Of a stretch of DNA of 64,000 bases, positions 1 to 11,700 are shown in pieces. This DNA is from Glaciecola sp. GTDB taxonomy: Bacteria; Pseudomonadota; Gammaproteobacteria; Enterobacterales; Alteromonadaceae. The first letter of the stretch is position 1, and each line of letters begins with the position of its first letter. A program made the position numbers and the translations under genes. The stretch covers positions 90 through 64,089 of the forward strand of contig CBFHTO010000014.1 of assembly GCA_965658765.1 (NCBI GenBank). Reading direction: 5' to 3'. The notes beneath the pieces were generated by a model that was not told the origin of the DNA, did not search any database, and saw only the letters and a program-made list of their open reading frames with translations.

Positions 1-1
1 T

Positions 2-241
2 CGTTTTTTTTTAAGTTTGTTTGTTGAGTTAAGTAATTTGAATAAAGACATCGGCATATTGGCAGGCAAAAGAGTGAGTCGAGAGTTTGTAAAGCTAGAT
101 GCAAGCGATTCGAAGGGTTCAAAAATACATTCTCAGGGTTCGTTTACTTGTCGTTTTTTGTATGGCCCTTACATGATTGAGTATTTTACCGAAAGCGGAT
201 CAGTCATAATGACACAACGTGGAAAAACACATGCTGAATAA
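2..241 (+). CDS. MSHA biogenesis protein, MshF-like (5' partial)
   Basis: Frame is open from the window edge to the stop at 241 and overlaps the next start. Call rests on position just upstream of mshB (Vibrio order mshG-F-B-A); the sequence itself is not diagnostic. Confidence 0.4.
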   Translation, partial: RFFLSLFVELSNLNKDIGILAGKRVSREFVKLDASDSKGSKIHSQGSFTCRFLYGPYMIEYFTESGSVIMTQRGKTHAE

Positions 242-836
242 CATAAGTAAATCATCAGAAAAGGGCTTTACCCTTATAGAGCTGGTAATTGTTGTTGTGA
301 TACTAGGCCTTCTTGCTGCTACGGCAATCCCTCGATTTCTTAATGTTACCGAGGAAGCCGAAGATGCGGCTGTTGAAGGCGTAGCAGGTGGCTTCGCTAC
401 CAGTGTTGGTTTGGTGAGAGCGCAATGGGAAATCGATGCTCGTCCAGAAAATAATCAAGCCCTCGATCAGACTTTTGTAACGTTAGACAGCTTGTCTGTA
501 TGGGTTGATGGAGACACGGGCTATCCAACTGGTGGGCTTGGAAATGACTCAAGTCATGACGATGCTATGAGCGACGAAGATTGTGCTGGTATATTTAGGC
601 TTATTTTGCAAAGTTATCCGACCATTACATCTATATGGCAACCAGCGCTTTCAGAAAAATTTCAGTATTTTACCAATGTAAGTAAAGGTGCGGGTGTAGG
701 CGGCAGCGATATATGCCACTACTATCTGCTCCAAACGGTAAAGAATGAAACCCAAGAGCCGATAAATACATCGGTAGGTAACGGCTTTGTTTATGATCCG
801 AGAATCGGTCAGATTCAAATATTTAGTAACAATTAG
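231..836 (+). CDS. mshB: MSHA minor pilin MshB
   Basis: Class III prepilin site KG|FTLIELVIVVVILGLLAATAIPRF; GLVRAQW motif; lies before the major pilin. ATG at 231 preferred over GTG at 219. Confidence 0.8.
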   Translation: MLNNISKSSEKGFTLIELVIVVVILGLLAATAIPRFLNVTEEAEDAAVEGVAGGFATSVGLVRAQWEIDARPENNQALDQTFVTLDSLSVWVDGDTGYPTGGLGNDSSHDDAMSDEDCAGIFRLILQSYPTITSIWQPALSEKFQYFTNVSKGAGVGGSDICHYYLLQTVKNETQEPINTSVGNGFVYDPRIGQIQIFSNN

Positions 837-874
837 TTATATTTTAACCATAACCCTTAAATTAGGAGCTCAAT

Positions 875-1375
875 ATGAAGCAAAAAGGCTTTACATTAAT
901 CGAACTTATCATCGTCATCGTCATTTTAGGCATACTTGCGGTTACCGCAGTGCCTAAATTCTTTGACTTTCAGAGTGACGCAAGAACCGAAACCATTCGG
1001 GGCGTGAAAGCTGCATTGCAGGGTGGATCGCAGCTTGTTTACTCTAAAGCAGCGATCGCAGGAGTTCATAACAACGCGGCAAGTTCCATAACTTTAACGT
1101 CTGGGGAGAGCGTCGCAACGGTTTATGGTTATCCAGATGCCACAACAATCGATCCGGTAGCCAAACTGAGTCCTATTATGGAATTAGATACCGGTGACGG
1201 TACTAAATTATCCTTCTCAAAGTCAAATACTACAGGTACCACCACGGTTGCTGCTGCAGACGCGAACTCTTTCAGTCTGTTTTTTACCGGCGTACCTACC
1301 TGTTCTGTAACCTACACTAACACAGTAAGCGCTGGTGTAGCACCTGCAATTGTTGTAGATACAGACGGTTGCTAA
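875..1375 (+). CDS. mshA: MSHA major pilin MshA
   Basis: MKQKG|FTLIELIIVIVILGILAVTAVPKF; VYSKAAIAG and VYGYP motifs; C-terminal Cys pair; AGGAG RBS. Confidence 0.85.
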   Translation: MKQKGFTLIELIIVIVILGILAVTAVPKFFDFQSDARTETIRGVKAALQGGSQLVYSKAAIAGVHNNAASSITLTSGESVATVYGYPDATTIDPVAKLSPIMELDTGDGTKLSFSKSNTTGTTTVAAADANSFSLFFTGVPTCSVTYTNTVSAGVAPAIVVDTDGC

Positions 1376-1403
1376 TCAAAAATATGTATGGCAGTACCGC
1401 GCT

Positions 1404-1961
1404 ATGAGTAAAGCTTTGTGCGCATTATATGATAAAAGGCAAGTTCAACAGGGGTTTACCCTTGTTGAACTTGTGATCGTCATAAGCGTTCTTGGCATAC
1501 TTTCGGTGGTTATTGCGCCAAGATTTGTTGGTTCGAATGGATATTCAGAGTTTAATTATCGAAATCAGCTGCTTAGCGCTTTGAGAAATCTTCAGCAAAA
1601 AGCTATGTTCGATACTCGCGCTGGATATTGTTTTAAAATGATTTTGAAACAAGGCAGTGCTCAAGAGTTCGGCCCAACGGTGGCAAGTTATCAACCCTCA
1701 TCAAAGGGCGCGTCCTGTGATGTAAACATTGACTCTAGTGCAGCTTCATATCTTAGTTCTGGAGCGGACGTTCTCAATGATAATGGCCTAACAATGACCG
1801 CTTTTGATTCTGGCATTACTATGACTTTTGTACAATTCAACAGTTTAGGGCAAGTCACTACTGATACTGGGCGATGTACCAACACTTGTGTTATTAGTTT
1901 TACCGGGATTAATACCGCGTCCTTATGTGTTGAATCAGAAGGGTATGTTCATGAATGCTAG
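1404..1961 (+). CDS. mshC: MSHA minor pilin MshC
   Basis: QG|FTLVELVIVISVLGILSVVIAPRF; C-terminal CVESEGYVH; follows mshA. Confidence 0.8.
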   Translation: MSKALCALYDKRQVQQGFTLVELVIVISVLGILSVVIAPRFVGSNGYSEFNYRNQLLSALRNLQQKAMFDTRAGYCFKMILKQGSAQEFGPTVASYQPSSKGASCDVNIDSSAASYLSSGADVLNDNGLTMTAFDSGITMTFVQFNSLGQVTTDTGRCTNTCVISFTGINTASLCVESEGYVHEC

Positions 1962-2649
1962 TGATTGCTCAAAGTCTGAACCTCTGAACGATCATTGCAT
2001 TTGTAATATACCTTCAGTTACTCCTGTGTTGGAAAAACACTGCCCAATTTATTACGATTTGAAACGCTCTGGGTTTACTTTGATTGAGCTAGTTATTGGC
2101 ATCGTGGTATTTGCTGGCGCGATGGTTATGGTCACTTCAGTGATTATGCCGCAAACGATAAAAGGCATTGAGCCTATTTGGCAGGTGCGTGCTGCGACCT
2201 TGGCTCAGTCCATCATGGATAACATTAAATCAAAGCCATTTGATGAAAGTATTGCTCAAAGTCCTACCCGTGAACCCTGCGGTATTACTGGTATTACTGC
2301 GCCATGTACAGAGTCTGCGTCGCTCGGAGCTGATTTAAGCGAGACTATTGACACGTTTGATGATATTGATGACTTTCATGGATTAACATTAACTGGTTCT
2401 GATATCGCTAATCTGGGGGGACTAACTATTTCCACTAATCCAGATGTTCAAAGCTCGTTTAACGGTTTTTCTGCTGTTGTTAGTGTATTTTACGATGACA
2501 ACCAAGACGGTATTAATGACGATGACCTAGATAAAGACGGTAGTTTAGATACTGGTGCTTATCGCGGGACGACAAAGCTCATTAACGTTATAGTAATTAC
2601 GCCTAATGGTGAAAATATTCCATTTGCTTTATACAGGAGCAACTTTTAG
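1951..2649 (+). CDS. mshD: MSHA minor pilin MshD
   Basis: SG|FTLIELVIGIVV; QVRAATLAQSIMDNI and FDDIDDFHG motifs; ends YRSNF. ATG at 1951 overlaps the mshC end (ORF track starts at 1888). Confidence 0.8.
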   Translation: MNASDCSKSEPLNDHCICNIPSVTPVLEKHCPIYYDLKRSGFTLIELVIGIVVFAGAMVMVTSVIMPQTIKGIEPIWQVRAATLAQSIMDNIKSKPFDESIAQSPTREPCGITGITAPCTESASLGADLSETIDTFDDIDDFHGLTLTGSDIANLGGLTISTNPDVQSSFNGFSAVVSVFYDDNQDGINDDDLDKDGSLDTGAYRGTTKLINVIVITPNGENIPFALYRSNF

Positions 2650-3518
2650 TGGCGAATATGCCTTTATCATATCGCCGAGAAGCTCTCAAAAATGGCTTCA
2701 CTATGGTTGAATTGGTATTAGTCATTGTCGTTCTTGGCATTGTTTCAATAAGTTTAAGTGGCATAGTCAAAAACGCTGTCACTACAGTAGTCGATGTTAA
2801 TCAGCGAGAGTCAGTGGTTCGTGAGGGCACATTCTTATTAGAAAGGATGAATAGGGAAATCAAAAATGCTGTACCAAACTCAATCAGAATTAGAGGTAAT
2901 TCAACCGCTCATTGTATAGAGTTTGTTCCATTGAATTGGACTGCGCATTATTTCACCTTGCCGCTTGTTGCAGGGTCGAGCAAGCAAGCTAATGTACTTG
3001 AGCTAAACAGTATTGACGGTACCAGCTACGTACCTCAAAGCAGTGATTTTGGCATAGTGTTCCCGACAAAACCCAGCCAGGTGTATGACGCAGCTGAGCA
3101 GCATCGACAAGCGATAAGCGCTTGTTCAGACGACGGTGACGGAGACTGTGCAACACTTGATGACGCAGATAAGGTTGTGCAACTTGATTTTGCTGACGGC
3201 TTTGCTAGCACATCTCCTTCAAGAAGAATTTATATTGCTGACCAAGCAGTAAGTTATTGCCTTCGTGGACAGTCAGTGTATCGACATAGCTCAAGCATCA
3301 ATACAAATCAGAGTATATATTTGAGCGGTGGCGTTTTAATGGCTGAGCAAGTCGTTAATCAACTAGGCAGTTCACCAAGTTCGGGAACTCAGAATCCCTT
3401 TACCAGTGTCGCGGCTACTCTGCAGCGAAACGGCGCAACACAAATTTTATTAGTATTTGCTCGAGAGGACGAACGTTTTACGTTCTTGCAGGAGGTTCAA
3501 ACCCCTAATGCGCCCTAA
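2649..3518 (+). CDS. mshO: MSHA minor pilin MshO
   Basis: NG|FTMVELVLVIVVLG; ERMNREIKNAVPNSIR and CIEFVP motifs; ends EVQTPNAP. Confidence 0.85.
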   Translation: MANMPLSYRREALKNGFTMVELVLVIVVLGIVSISLSGIVKNAVTTVVDVNQRESVVREGTFLLERMNREIKNAVPNSIRIRGNSTAHCIEFVPLNWTAHYFTLPLVAGSSKQANVLELNSIDGTSYVPQSSDFGIVFPTKPSQVYDAAEQHRQAISACSDDGDGDCATLDDADKVVQLDFADGFASTSPSRRIYIADQAVSYCLRGQSVYRHSSSINTNQSIYLSGGVLMAEQVVNQLGSSPSSGTQNPFTSVAATLQRNGATQILLVFAREDERFTFLQEVQTPNAP

Positions 3519-3942
3519 CTTAAATAAGCAATCAGGTAATATGTTGATATTGGCATTATTTATAATCGTAGTACTCGGTGGCTTAGCGATGTCACTAATT
3601 GGCTCAGTATCTTCCGCATCAAACTCGTCACTGCAGCACATTTATGGGCTACGAGCTTTAAACTCCGCAGATGCAGGTATAGAGCGATTGTTATTGAGTA
3701 CCTTTCCACTTAATACGCCTCCTCAAGTATGTAACCAAACACTTAATAGTGACAGTCAGTTTTCGACTGTGTCTGGTTTACAATCATGCTCGTATCAAGC
3801 TGTATGTGAGACTCAATCAATCCGTTTCACTGGACGAGACTATCTTGCCTATAAGTTTTCCAGTACAGGCGTTTGTACTGTCGGACAAGAAGTATTTAGT
3901 CGCCTAATTTACGCAGAATCTGTGCGTGAGCTTAGCCCCTAA
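3508..3942 (+). CDS. mshP: MSHA minor pilin MshP (PilX-like, no Glu5)
   Basis: QSG|NMLILALFIIVVLGGLA; GLRALNSADAG; Cys-rich C-terminal part. ATG at 3508 overlaps the mshO end. Confidence 0.75.
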   Translation: MRPNLNKQSGNMLILALFIIVVLGGLAMSLIGSVSSASNSSLQHIYGLRALNSADAGIERLLLSTFPLNTPPQVCNQTLNSDSQFSTVSGLQSCSYQAVCETQSIRFTGRDYLAYKFSSTGVCTVGQEVFSRLIYAESVRELSP

Positions 3943-4172
3943 AACCTAGCCGCTAAAAATACTCGACGCGCTACGCAGAGATATTTGTTAAAACAGCTTT
4001 TAGCGTAAAAGAACAAGAGTTGCGCATGTCAAAATTAGCCTATCTTTTTTAAAAGCAGACAATATTTACTATGCTTGTTTTGTAAGTCCTTATATACTCC
4101 CTAACAAAGCTATCGTAATCGACATTCATAGGTTACACTTAGCGCATTTCGTCAAAACTTAAGAATAATTAA

Positions 4173-5225
<1,053 letters not shown>

Positions 5226-5227
5226 TA

Positions 5228-5254
5228 AAAAGGGGCAGGTTTACCTGCCTTTTT
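5228..5254 (+). terminator. Terminator-like hairpin between mreB and mreC
   Basis: GGCAGG-TTTA-CCTGCC followed by TTTTT in the 36-nt gap. Confidence 0.55.
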
Positions 5255-5261
5255 CATTATT

Positions 5262-6137
5262 ATGAACGAAGTATTTGCACGCGGTCCTACATTATTTACA
5301 AGGCTTTGCATCGTATTGATGTTATCCATACTCGCCATGATCATCGATACAAAAGTGGATAAGGTCGCAACGGTTCGAACATACTTAACGTCACTTGTCA
5401 GCCCGCTTCAATACATTGCTGATCTACCTGGAGCAATTCTCGATTGGAGTGCAACCAGCGTTACCTCGCGAACGACCCTGATAAACGAAAATGCGCGCTT
5501 AAACAATCAAATTGCCTTGATGAATGAAAAGCTACAGCGTTTCCAAGTACTTAAACAAGAAAATGAGAACTTACGTTCTTTGCTAGACGCGCCAGTGAAG
5601 TCTGATATGTACAGAATGATCGCTGAGTTGATGGCGGTAGACAATAATCCTTATACGCATCAAATAGTGATAGATAAAGGAGCAATTCATGACGTTTATC
5701 TTGGCCAATCAGTCTTAGATGACACAGGGATTGTGGGACAAGTGATTGAGGTGGGCACAACCAACAGTCGAGTACTATTATTGTCTGATATTACGCACGC
5801 AATACCAGTACGAGTAAATAGAAACAACATTCGATTAGTGGCAAGCGGCACGGGGTCTCTGACTGAGCTGACCTTAGAGCATGTGCCCCACAGTGCCGAT
5901 TTACAGGTAGATGATTTATTAGTCTCTTCAGGCTTAGGAAACGTATTTCCAGCAGGCTATCCGGTAGGAGTGATTAAAAATATCATCCGAGATGAAAGCC
6001 AGCCATTTGCTAAAGTAACCGTAATGCCATCTGCACAGCTAGATCGAATAAAGTACCTTTTACTGTTGTGGCCACAAGGTTCTGCTCCCGAAGACGCGCT
6101 CTCGCCAGACGAGTTAGTGCCTCGAACAAGCGAATAG
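5262..6137 (+). CDS. mreC: Rod shape-determining protein MreC
   Basis: N-terminal TM and coiled coil (ENENLRSLL); SSGLGNVFPAGYPVG; follows mreB. Confidence 0.97.
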   Translation: MNEVFARGPTLFTRLCIVLMLSILAMIIDTKVDKVATVRTYLTSLVSPLQYIADLPGAILDWSATSVTSRTTLINENARLNNQIALMNEKLQRFQVLKQENENLRSLLDAPVKSDMYRMIAELMAVDNNPYTHQIVIDKGAIHDVYLGQSVLDDTGIVGQVIEVGTTNSRVLLLSDITHAIPVRVNRNNIRLVASGTGSLTELTLEHVPHSADLQVDDLLVSSGLGNVFPAGYPVGVIKNIIRDESQPFAKVTVMPSAQLDRIKYLLLLWPQGSAPEDALSPDELVPRTSE

Positions 6138-6138
6138 G

Positions 6139-6624
6139 GTGACTAAGGTGAAAGGAAACAAATCATTTATTTCTGTCAGTATTGTCATTGGGCTCATTTT
6201 ACAGATAATCCCAATGCCTCCCCCTGTCGATTTATATCGTCCTGATTGGTTGTTATTAATTCTTATTTACTGGGCAATGGCGCTGCCTAACCGAGTCAGT
6301 GTTGGTATTGCTGGCTTGTCAGGTTTGGTGTTAGATCTCTTATACGGGACGGTTTTAGGGGTACACAGCTTCGCTTTGGCTATTCCAATATATTTGGTGT
6401 CTGCAAATTACCAAAGATTCAGAAACTACTCTGTTTTACAGCAAGCTATGATGATTCTTGTGTTATCAACTATGTATCACCTACTAGTGTATTGGTTGCA
6501 GTTTTGGATAACCGGCATTGAATTTAATTGGATATTCTTGTGGCCTGCTTTGAGCTCCATTTTGTTTTGGCCTTGGTTGTTTTGGCTACTTAGAAAATTT
6601 AGAAGAAATTTACGTGTTACTTGA
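6139..6624 (+). CDS. mreD: Rod shape-determining protein MreD
   Basis: Hydrophobic; RPDWLLLILIYWAMALPNRVSVG; DLLYGTVLGVH. Confidence 0.97.
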   Translation: MTKVKGNKSFISVSIVIGLILQIIPMPPPVDLYRPDWLLLILIYWAMALPNRVSVGIAGLSGLVLDLLYGTVLGVHSFALAIPIYLVSANYQRFRNYSVLQQAMMILVLSTMYHLLVYWLQFWITGIEFNWIFLWPALSSILFWPWLFWLLRKFRRNLRVT

Positions 6625-7204
6625 TGAGAACAATTTAATTCTCGCATCCGCTTCACCAAGAAGGCGTGAGTTATTAGCTCAAATCTGTCCTAAATTCGAC
6701 ATACAATCTGCAGATATCAATGAGCAAGCGTTGAAAAATGAATCAGCGACAGATTTAGTTGAACGATTGTCCATAAATAAGGCCCAAAAGATTGCATCGG
6801 CAAATCAACAGTCCATCGTGTTAGGCTCAGATACGGTTGTTGTTGCTGGGAACAACATACTTGGTAAGCCATATGATTTTGATGACTTTAGTCAAATGAT
6901 GAAAACCTTATCGGGTAGGGTTCACCAAGTGCATACTGGGGTCGCGCTCGTTTATCAAGAGCTCTGCTTATTTGAGTTGGTGACGACTCAGATCAGTTTT
7001 GCCGATATTACAACAAAAGAAATAGAACGTTATTGGGCTAGCGGCGAACCCATTGATAAGGCGGGTGGGTATGCTATTCAAGGACTAGGTGGACAGTTCG
7101 TGAAAGCAATCAATGGTAATTATAGCGCTGTTGTGGGTTTGCCATTGTTCCATACTAAACAGCTGATAATGCGAATGCAGAATGACATCGCGGCGCTAAA
7201 TTAA
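6614..7204 (+). CDS. yhdE: Maf-family nucleoside triphosphate pyrophosphatase (YhdE)
   Basis: LILASASPRRRELL; GSDTVV; DKAGGYAIQG; conserved position after mreD. Confidence 0.93.
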   Translation: MLLDENNLILASASPRRRELLAQICPKFDIQSADINEQALKNESATDLVERLSINKAQKIASANQQSIVLGSDTVVVAGNNILGKPYDFDDFSQMMKTLSGRVHQVHTGVALVYQELCLFELVTTQISFADITTKEIERYWASGEPIDKAGGYAIQGLGGQFVKAINGNYSAVVGLPLFHTKQLIMRMQNDIAALN

Positions 7205-7250
7205 AACGCGATATTCACTAAAATTCACCAGCGGTAAAAAGCGAAGAGAT

Positions 7251-8717
7251 ATGAGTGCAGAATTATTGATCAATGTTACACCTTCAGAATCCCGAGTTGC
7301 GCTTATCGAAAATGGAATATTGCAAGAGATTCATATTGAACGTCATACCAAAAAGGGCTTAGTAGGCAATATTTATAAAGGAAAGGTCAGTAGAGTGTTA
7401 CCCGGTATGCAAGCAGCGTTTGTTGATATTGGGCTCGAAAAAGCAGCATTTTTGCACGCTTCCGATATCGCAATCTACGACGAACTTGCCGATGAAGTTA
7501 GCAGTTCGCAGCTTGAGATTAAAGACATCCGCGAACTTGTCAAGGATGGACAGCCCATTGTGGTTCAGGTAGTAAAAGATCCTATCGGCACGAAAGGTGC
7601 TCGACTAAGTACGGATATTACTTTGCCGTCTCGCTATCTTGTTTTCATGCCTTCAGTTACGCACGTTGGCGTCTCGCAAAAAATCGAAGATGAACAAGAA
7701 AGACTTCGCCTAAAGCAAATCTTGAAGAATAGCTGTGACGATAGCGGTGGCTTTATTTTGAGAACTGCAGCAGAAGGCGTTAAAGAAAATGAGTTGATTC
7801 AAGACGCCGAATTTTTACGCAGATTGTGGAGTAAAATACAACAACGAAAGAAAGGCAACAAAGTGCAAGTCTTATATGAAGACTTACCCGTTGCGAGACG
7901 TGTTCTACGCGATTTTGTCGGTACACAAATCGACCGTATTAGAATCGATTCAAACCTCACCTTTAAAGAGCTGATTTCCTTTACTAAAGAATACGTACCG
8001 GAACTCAGTGAGAAGTTGGAATATTATCAGGGTGAATTACCGATATTTGACTTATACGACGTTGAGAACGAATTACAAAGGGCTTTAGGGCGGCGGGTAG
8101 ATCTCAAATCTGGAGGCTATCTGATTATTGATCAAACTGAAGCTATGACAACCATCGATATCAATACGGGCGCATTTGTTGGTCATCGCAATTTGGAAGA
8201 AACGATATTTAATACCAATATAGAAGCGACTTCTGCAATTGCTAGGCAATTGCGCCTGCGTAATCTAGGCGGCATGATCTTAATTGATTTCATCGATATG
8301 CAAAACGATGATCATAAAAGACGAGTGTTGCACTCTCTAGAAACATCAATGTCAAAAGATCGAGCGAAATCAAATATCCATGGTTTTACGTCCCTAGGCC
8401 TTATCGAAATGACGCGGAAGCGAACGAGGGAGTCTATCGAGCATTTATTGTGTGGTGAATGTCCCGCTTGCAAGGGTAGAGGTAGCATAAAAACGGTTGA
8501 AACGATCTGTTTTGAAATTACACGTGAAATTGTCAGAGTCAACAAAGCGTATAATGCGGATATGTTTGTCATATACGCTTCGCCTATCGTAACAGATGCC
8601 TTACTCGGTGAAGAGTCGCATATTCTTGCCGAGTTAGAAGCATTTGTCGGAAAGCAAATAAAGGTGCAAACTGAGTCTTTATATCACCAAGATAAGTTCG
8701 ATGTGGTAATGATGTGA
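7251..8717 (+). CDS. rng: Ribonuclease G
   Basis: ELLINVTPSESRVAL; S1 domain GNIYKGKVSRVLPGMQAAFVDIG; TTIDINTG. Confidence 0.97.
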   Translation: MSAELLINVTPSESRVALIENGILQEIHIERHTKKGLVGNIYKGKVSRVLPGMQAAFVDIGLEKAAFLHASDIAIYDELADEVSSSQLEIKDIRELVKDGQPIVVQVVKDPIGTKGARLSTDITLPSRYLVFMPSVTHVGVSQKIEDEQERLRLKQILKNSCDDSGGFILRTAAEGVKENELIQDAEFLRRLWSKIQQRKKGNKVQVLYEDLPVARRVLRDFVGTQIDRIRIDSNLTFKELISFTKEYVPELSEKLEYYQGELPIFDLYDVENELQRALGRRVDLKSGGYLIIDQTEAMTTIDINTGAFVGHRNLEETIFNTNIEATSAIARQLRLRNLGGMILIDFIDMQNDDHKRRVLHSLETSMSKDRAKSNIHGFTSLGLIEMTRKRTRESIEHLLCGECPACKGRGSIKTVETICFEITREIVRVNKAYNADMFVIYASPIVTDALLGEESHILAELEAFVGKQIKVQTESLYHQDKFDVVMM

Positions 8718-11700
8718 AAACGTTACGGGCCGCCAGCGCATTTTTAGTTAAAAAGCTTTGGAGCTTAATTGCTTTCGCTGTGGTGTTGGTTGCATTAGTG
8801 ATAAGTTTGCTGCGTTATGCCTTACCTTATTTGAACGACCACAAAGATTACGTACAGTCTTATATTTCCAAACAGTATTCTGTGGAAATATCCATTGGTG
8901 AGCTATCAGCTAGCTGGCAGAACTCAGGTCCTGCACTTGTACTAAGAGAAGTACTTATTGCGAAGGGTGATCAATCACCGATAGAGCTTAGTGTTGGCGA
9001 AATCTTCTTAGAGGTAGAGTTTTGGCCTTCGCTGTTCAAGCAAAGTTTGCAGAGCAATCAAATCGTTTTGAATCGGCTCGATTTGGAATTAGATTTACCG
9101 CAGCTAAAACAAGGCGATTCTGACTTTCCAATCTTACAAGCGCTTGAAAATGTGTTTCTATCGCAGTTAAGTAATTTTTTAGTCTCGAACAGTCGTCTAA
9201 CACTTAACAGCGAGTTGCACACCAAGTCCATTCAGATTGAAAAACTTAGTTGGTTAAATGAGGGAAACCGGCATCAAGGGGTCGGAGCATTTGCCCTAGA
9301 GGACTTTTCGAACAATAAAGCTCAGTTTATCTTGGATTTAAAAGGTGATGTTAGACGCTACAACGGAACACTTTATGCCAACGCTCAAGACATAAATTTG
9401 GCTGCATGGATAAATGAGTACACTGGCTTGCAGAACGAACTGGCGGATAGCAAAGGCAATTTTGAGGTTTGGGCTCAAATACAGAACAGTGAATTTGTTC
9501 GATTAGATGGTGAAATTTTACCAACGAGTTTGACCTGGCAACGCGGCGAAACAGTCATGCAAAATGAACTGACCGCGCGTTTTGCTGCTGAAAAAAAGCA
9601 AAATAGTTGGGATTTTTTGATAAAAGACGCTGAGTTTAAAAATAGTGATAGTGTGTTAACTAGCGAATGGGCAGGAAACTATGTTTCTCCCAGTTCGTTT
9701 TTTGTAGAGTTAAAAGACGCTATCGATTTATCTCCCTTAAAGTCATTAGTCCCCATATACTCCATAGAGCTAGCAGATCAACTTGCGCTTTCTAGAGCAA
9801 AAGCTGAAGTATCGTCAATTCAATTATGGGCAACCGGTAATGATACTTTTGTTCAAGCGCAAGTAGACAAAATCGGCTGGCGTGAACAAAACCTAGTCCC
9901 CGGCGTCAGTGATTTGTCCGCCAAGATCTATTGGCATAATAATACAGGCAAGGTACACATAAGCGCCGAGCAAAAAATAATAGAAGCAGATGGCCTGTTT
10001 GATCGAGTATTTACCTTATCGAATTTCGATATGCCGATATTTTTCAATCTTGATGGAGAGAGAAATAGCCTTGCAATTGAAACGAGTGAAATTACAGTCG
10101 ACGAATTGGATATAAGTCTACAAGCTGAGTATGGATTTACTGACCAGTTTTTATCACTTAACGCAAAGGTGAGGGACGCACTCAGCTTGAAACAGGTGAA
10201 AAAGTTTTTACCAAAGCAATTAATGGGAGAAAATACGCGAAAATACTTAGTAGATGCCTTGATGGGAAAGGGAACTTTGAACAAAGGGAGCCTGCTTTAT
10301 CATGGCAAGACCAGTGATTTTCCATTTACACAACAAGAGGGTGTCTTCCAGAGTGAGCTAAGTATCGATTCTGCTGACTTTCTTTTCTCAAAAGACTGGC
10401 CTCATCTACATGATTTAGATGTAGATCTTCATTTTAAGAACAGTGGCTTAGAGCTGACAAGTAAGAAAGCTAAGTTGCAAGGCATAAGCGTGAGTGAGAT
10501 CCGCGCTGCCATCCCAAATTTAAGCGCGGGGGCCCGGCTTGATATCAAAGCTTCAACAAAGGCGCAAGGTGACATAGTATCATCTCTTTTTTTAGACAGT
10601 CCTTTAAGCGCAACATTAGGTCCGCTCTTGCAAGAACAAGTGATTTTTTCAGGAGAATTAGCTGGTGAACTGCAATTAGATATCCCATTAAGCCAGCCCC
10701 AAAAAACCGTAGCATCAGGCAGCATTACCTTTGATTCAAACGATATTCTCTTAACAGCTTTACAGTTAAATCTGCGAGAAAGCTCAGGAGAACTGACCTT
10801 TATTAATGATAAAATTGAACTTGAAATACAGAACGCTTTGCTCTTAGGACAGCCTGTTGAGTTGAGCCTAAATGGTGAACAAGCCGAGAGGTTTTACAGC
10901 ATAAACGCTAATATGCAAGGCTTCTGGGATGGGCAAGGTATTATCGAAAACACTGTACCTAGTCTTTCCGCTTATGCCAATGGTGATGTAGGCTGGAACT
11001 TGGATGTCGATGTTCAATTGACCCAGAACGACTTTGAATACGCTGCAGTATTAAAAAGTTCACTTCAAGGGCTTGAATTGAATTTACCCGCGCCATACTA
11101 CAAAGCTGCAAATGAGTCGCAGGCTTTAATCGTAAACTCTCGAGGAGACAAACTGGCTTCTGTTGTTGAGCTGAGCTTGGGTGAAGAATTATTGTTTGAT
11201 GGTGTGTTGGCTCATCAAGAACGCAAATTTAATAGAGCTCACCTTGCTTTAGGCAAAACTGAGTTTGAAACCAGAGGTGTGGGGTTCAGCATAAGTGGTG
11301 AACTTAAGCAGATAGACTTTGAGCCATGGTATGAGTTTGTTAAATCAATCACACAAACAGTTGCTCAAACTAATGAGTCGCCTTTGTTAAGCGCCCCTCA
11401 ACGAATGTTTGTTAATGTAGAAAGGCTCGGCTTTGCAGGATATACGCTCAGTGATTTAAATCTTAATGTGAAACAGCTAATGGAACGATGGGATATCGAG
11501 CTTGACTCTGACCAGCTTAGGGCAAGTGTGAATGTCTTCGACCAGTTGTATTCCAAGGGCATACAGATTGATGCGGAGTACTTACGCTTACCTAAACAAT
11601 TTGCAGATAACGAACGTCAAACGATAAGCGCAAGTGATTTTGACCCTAAAACACTACCCACTATTAATTTTACCTGTAAGTCATGTGAATTGTTCGGTTA

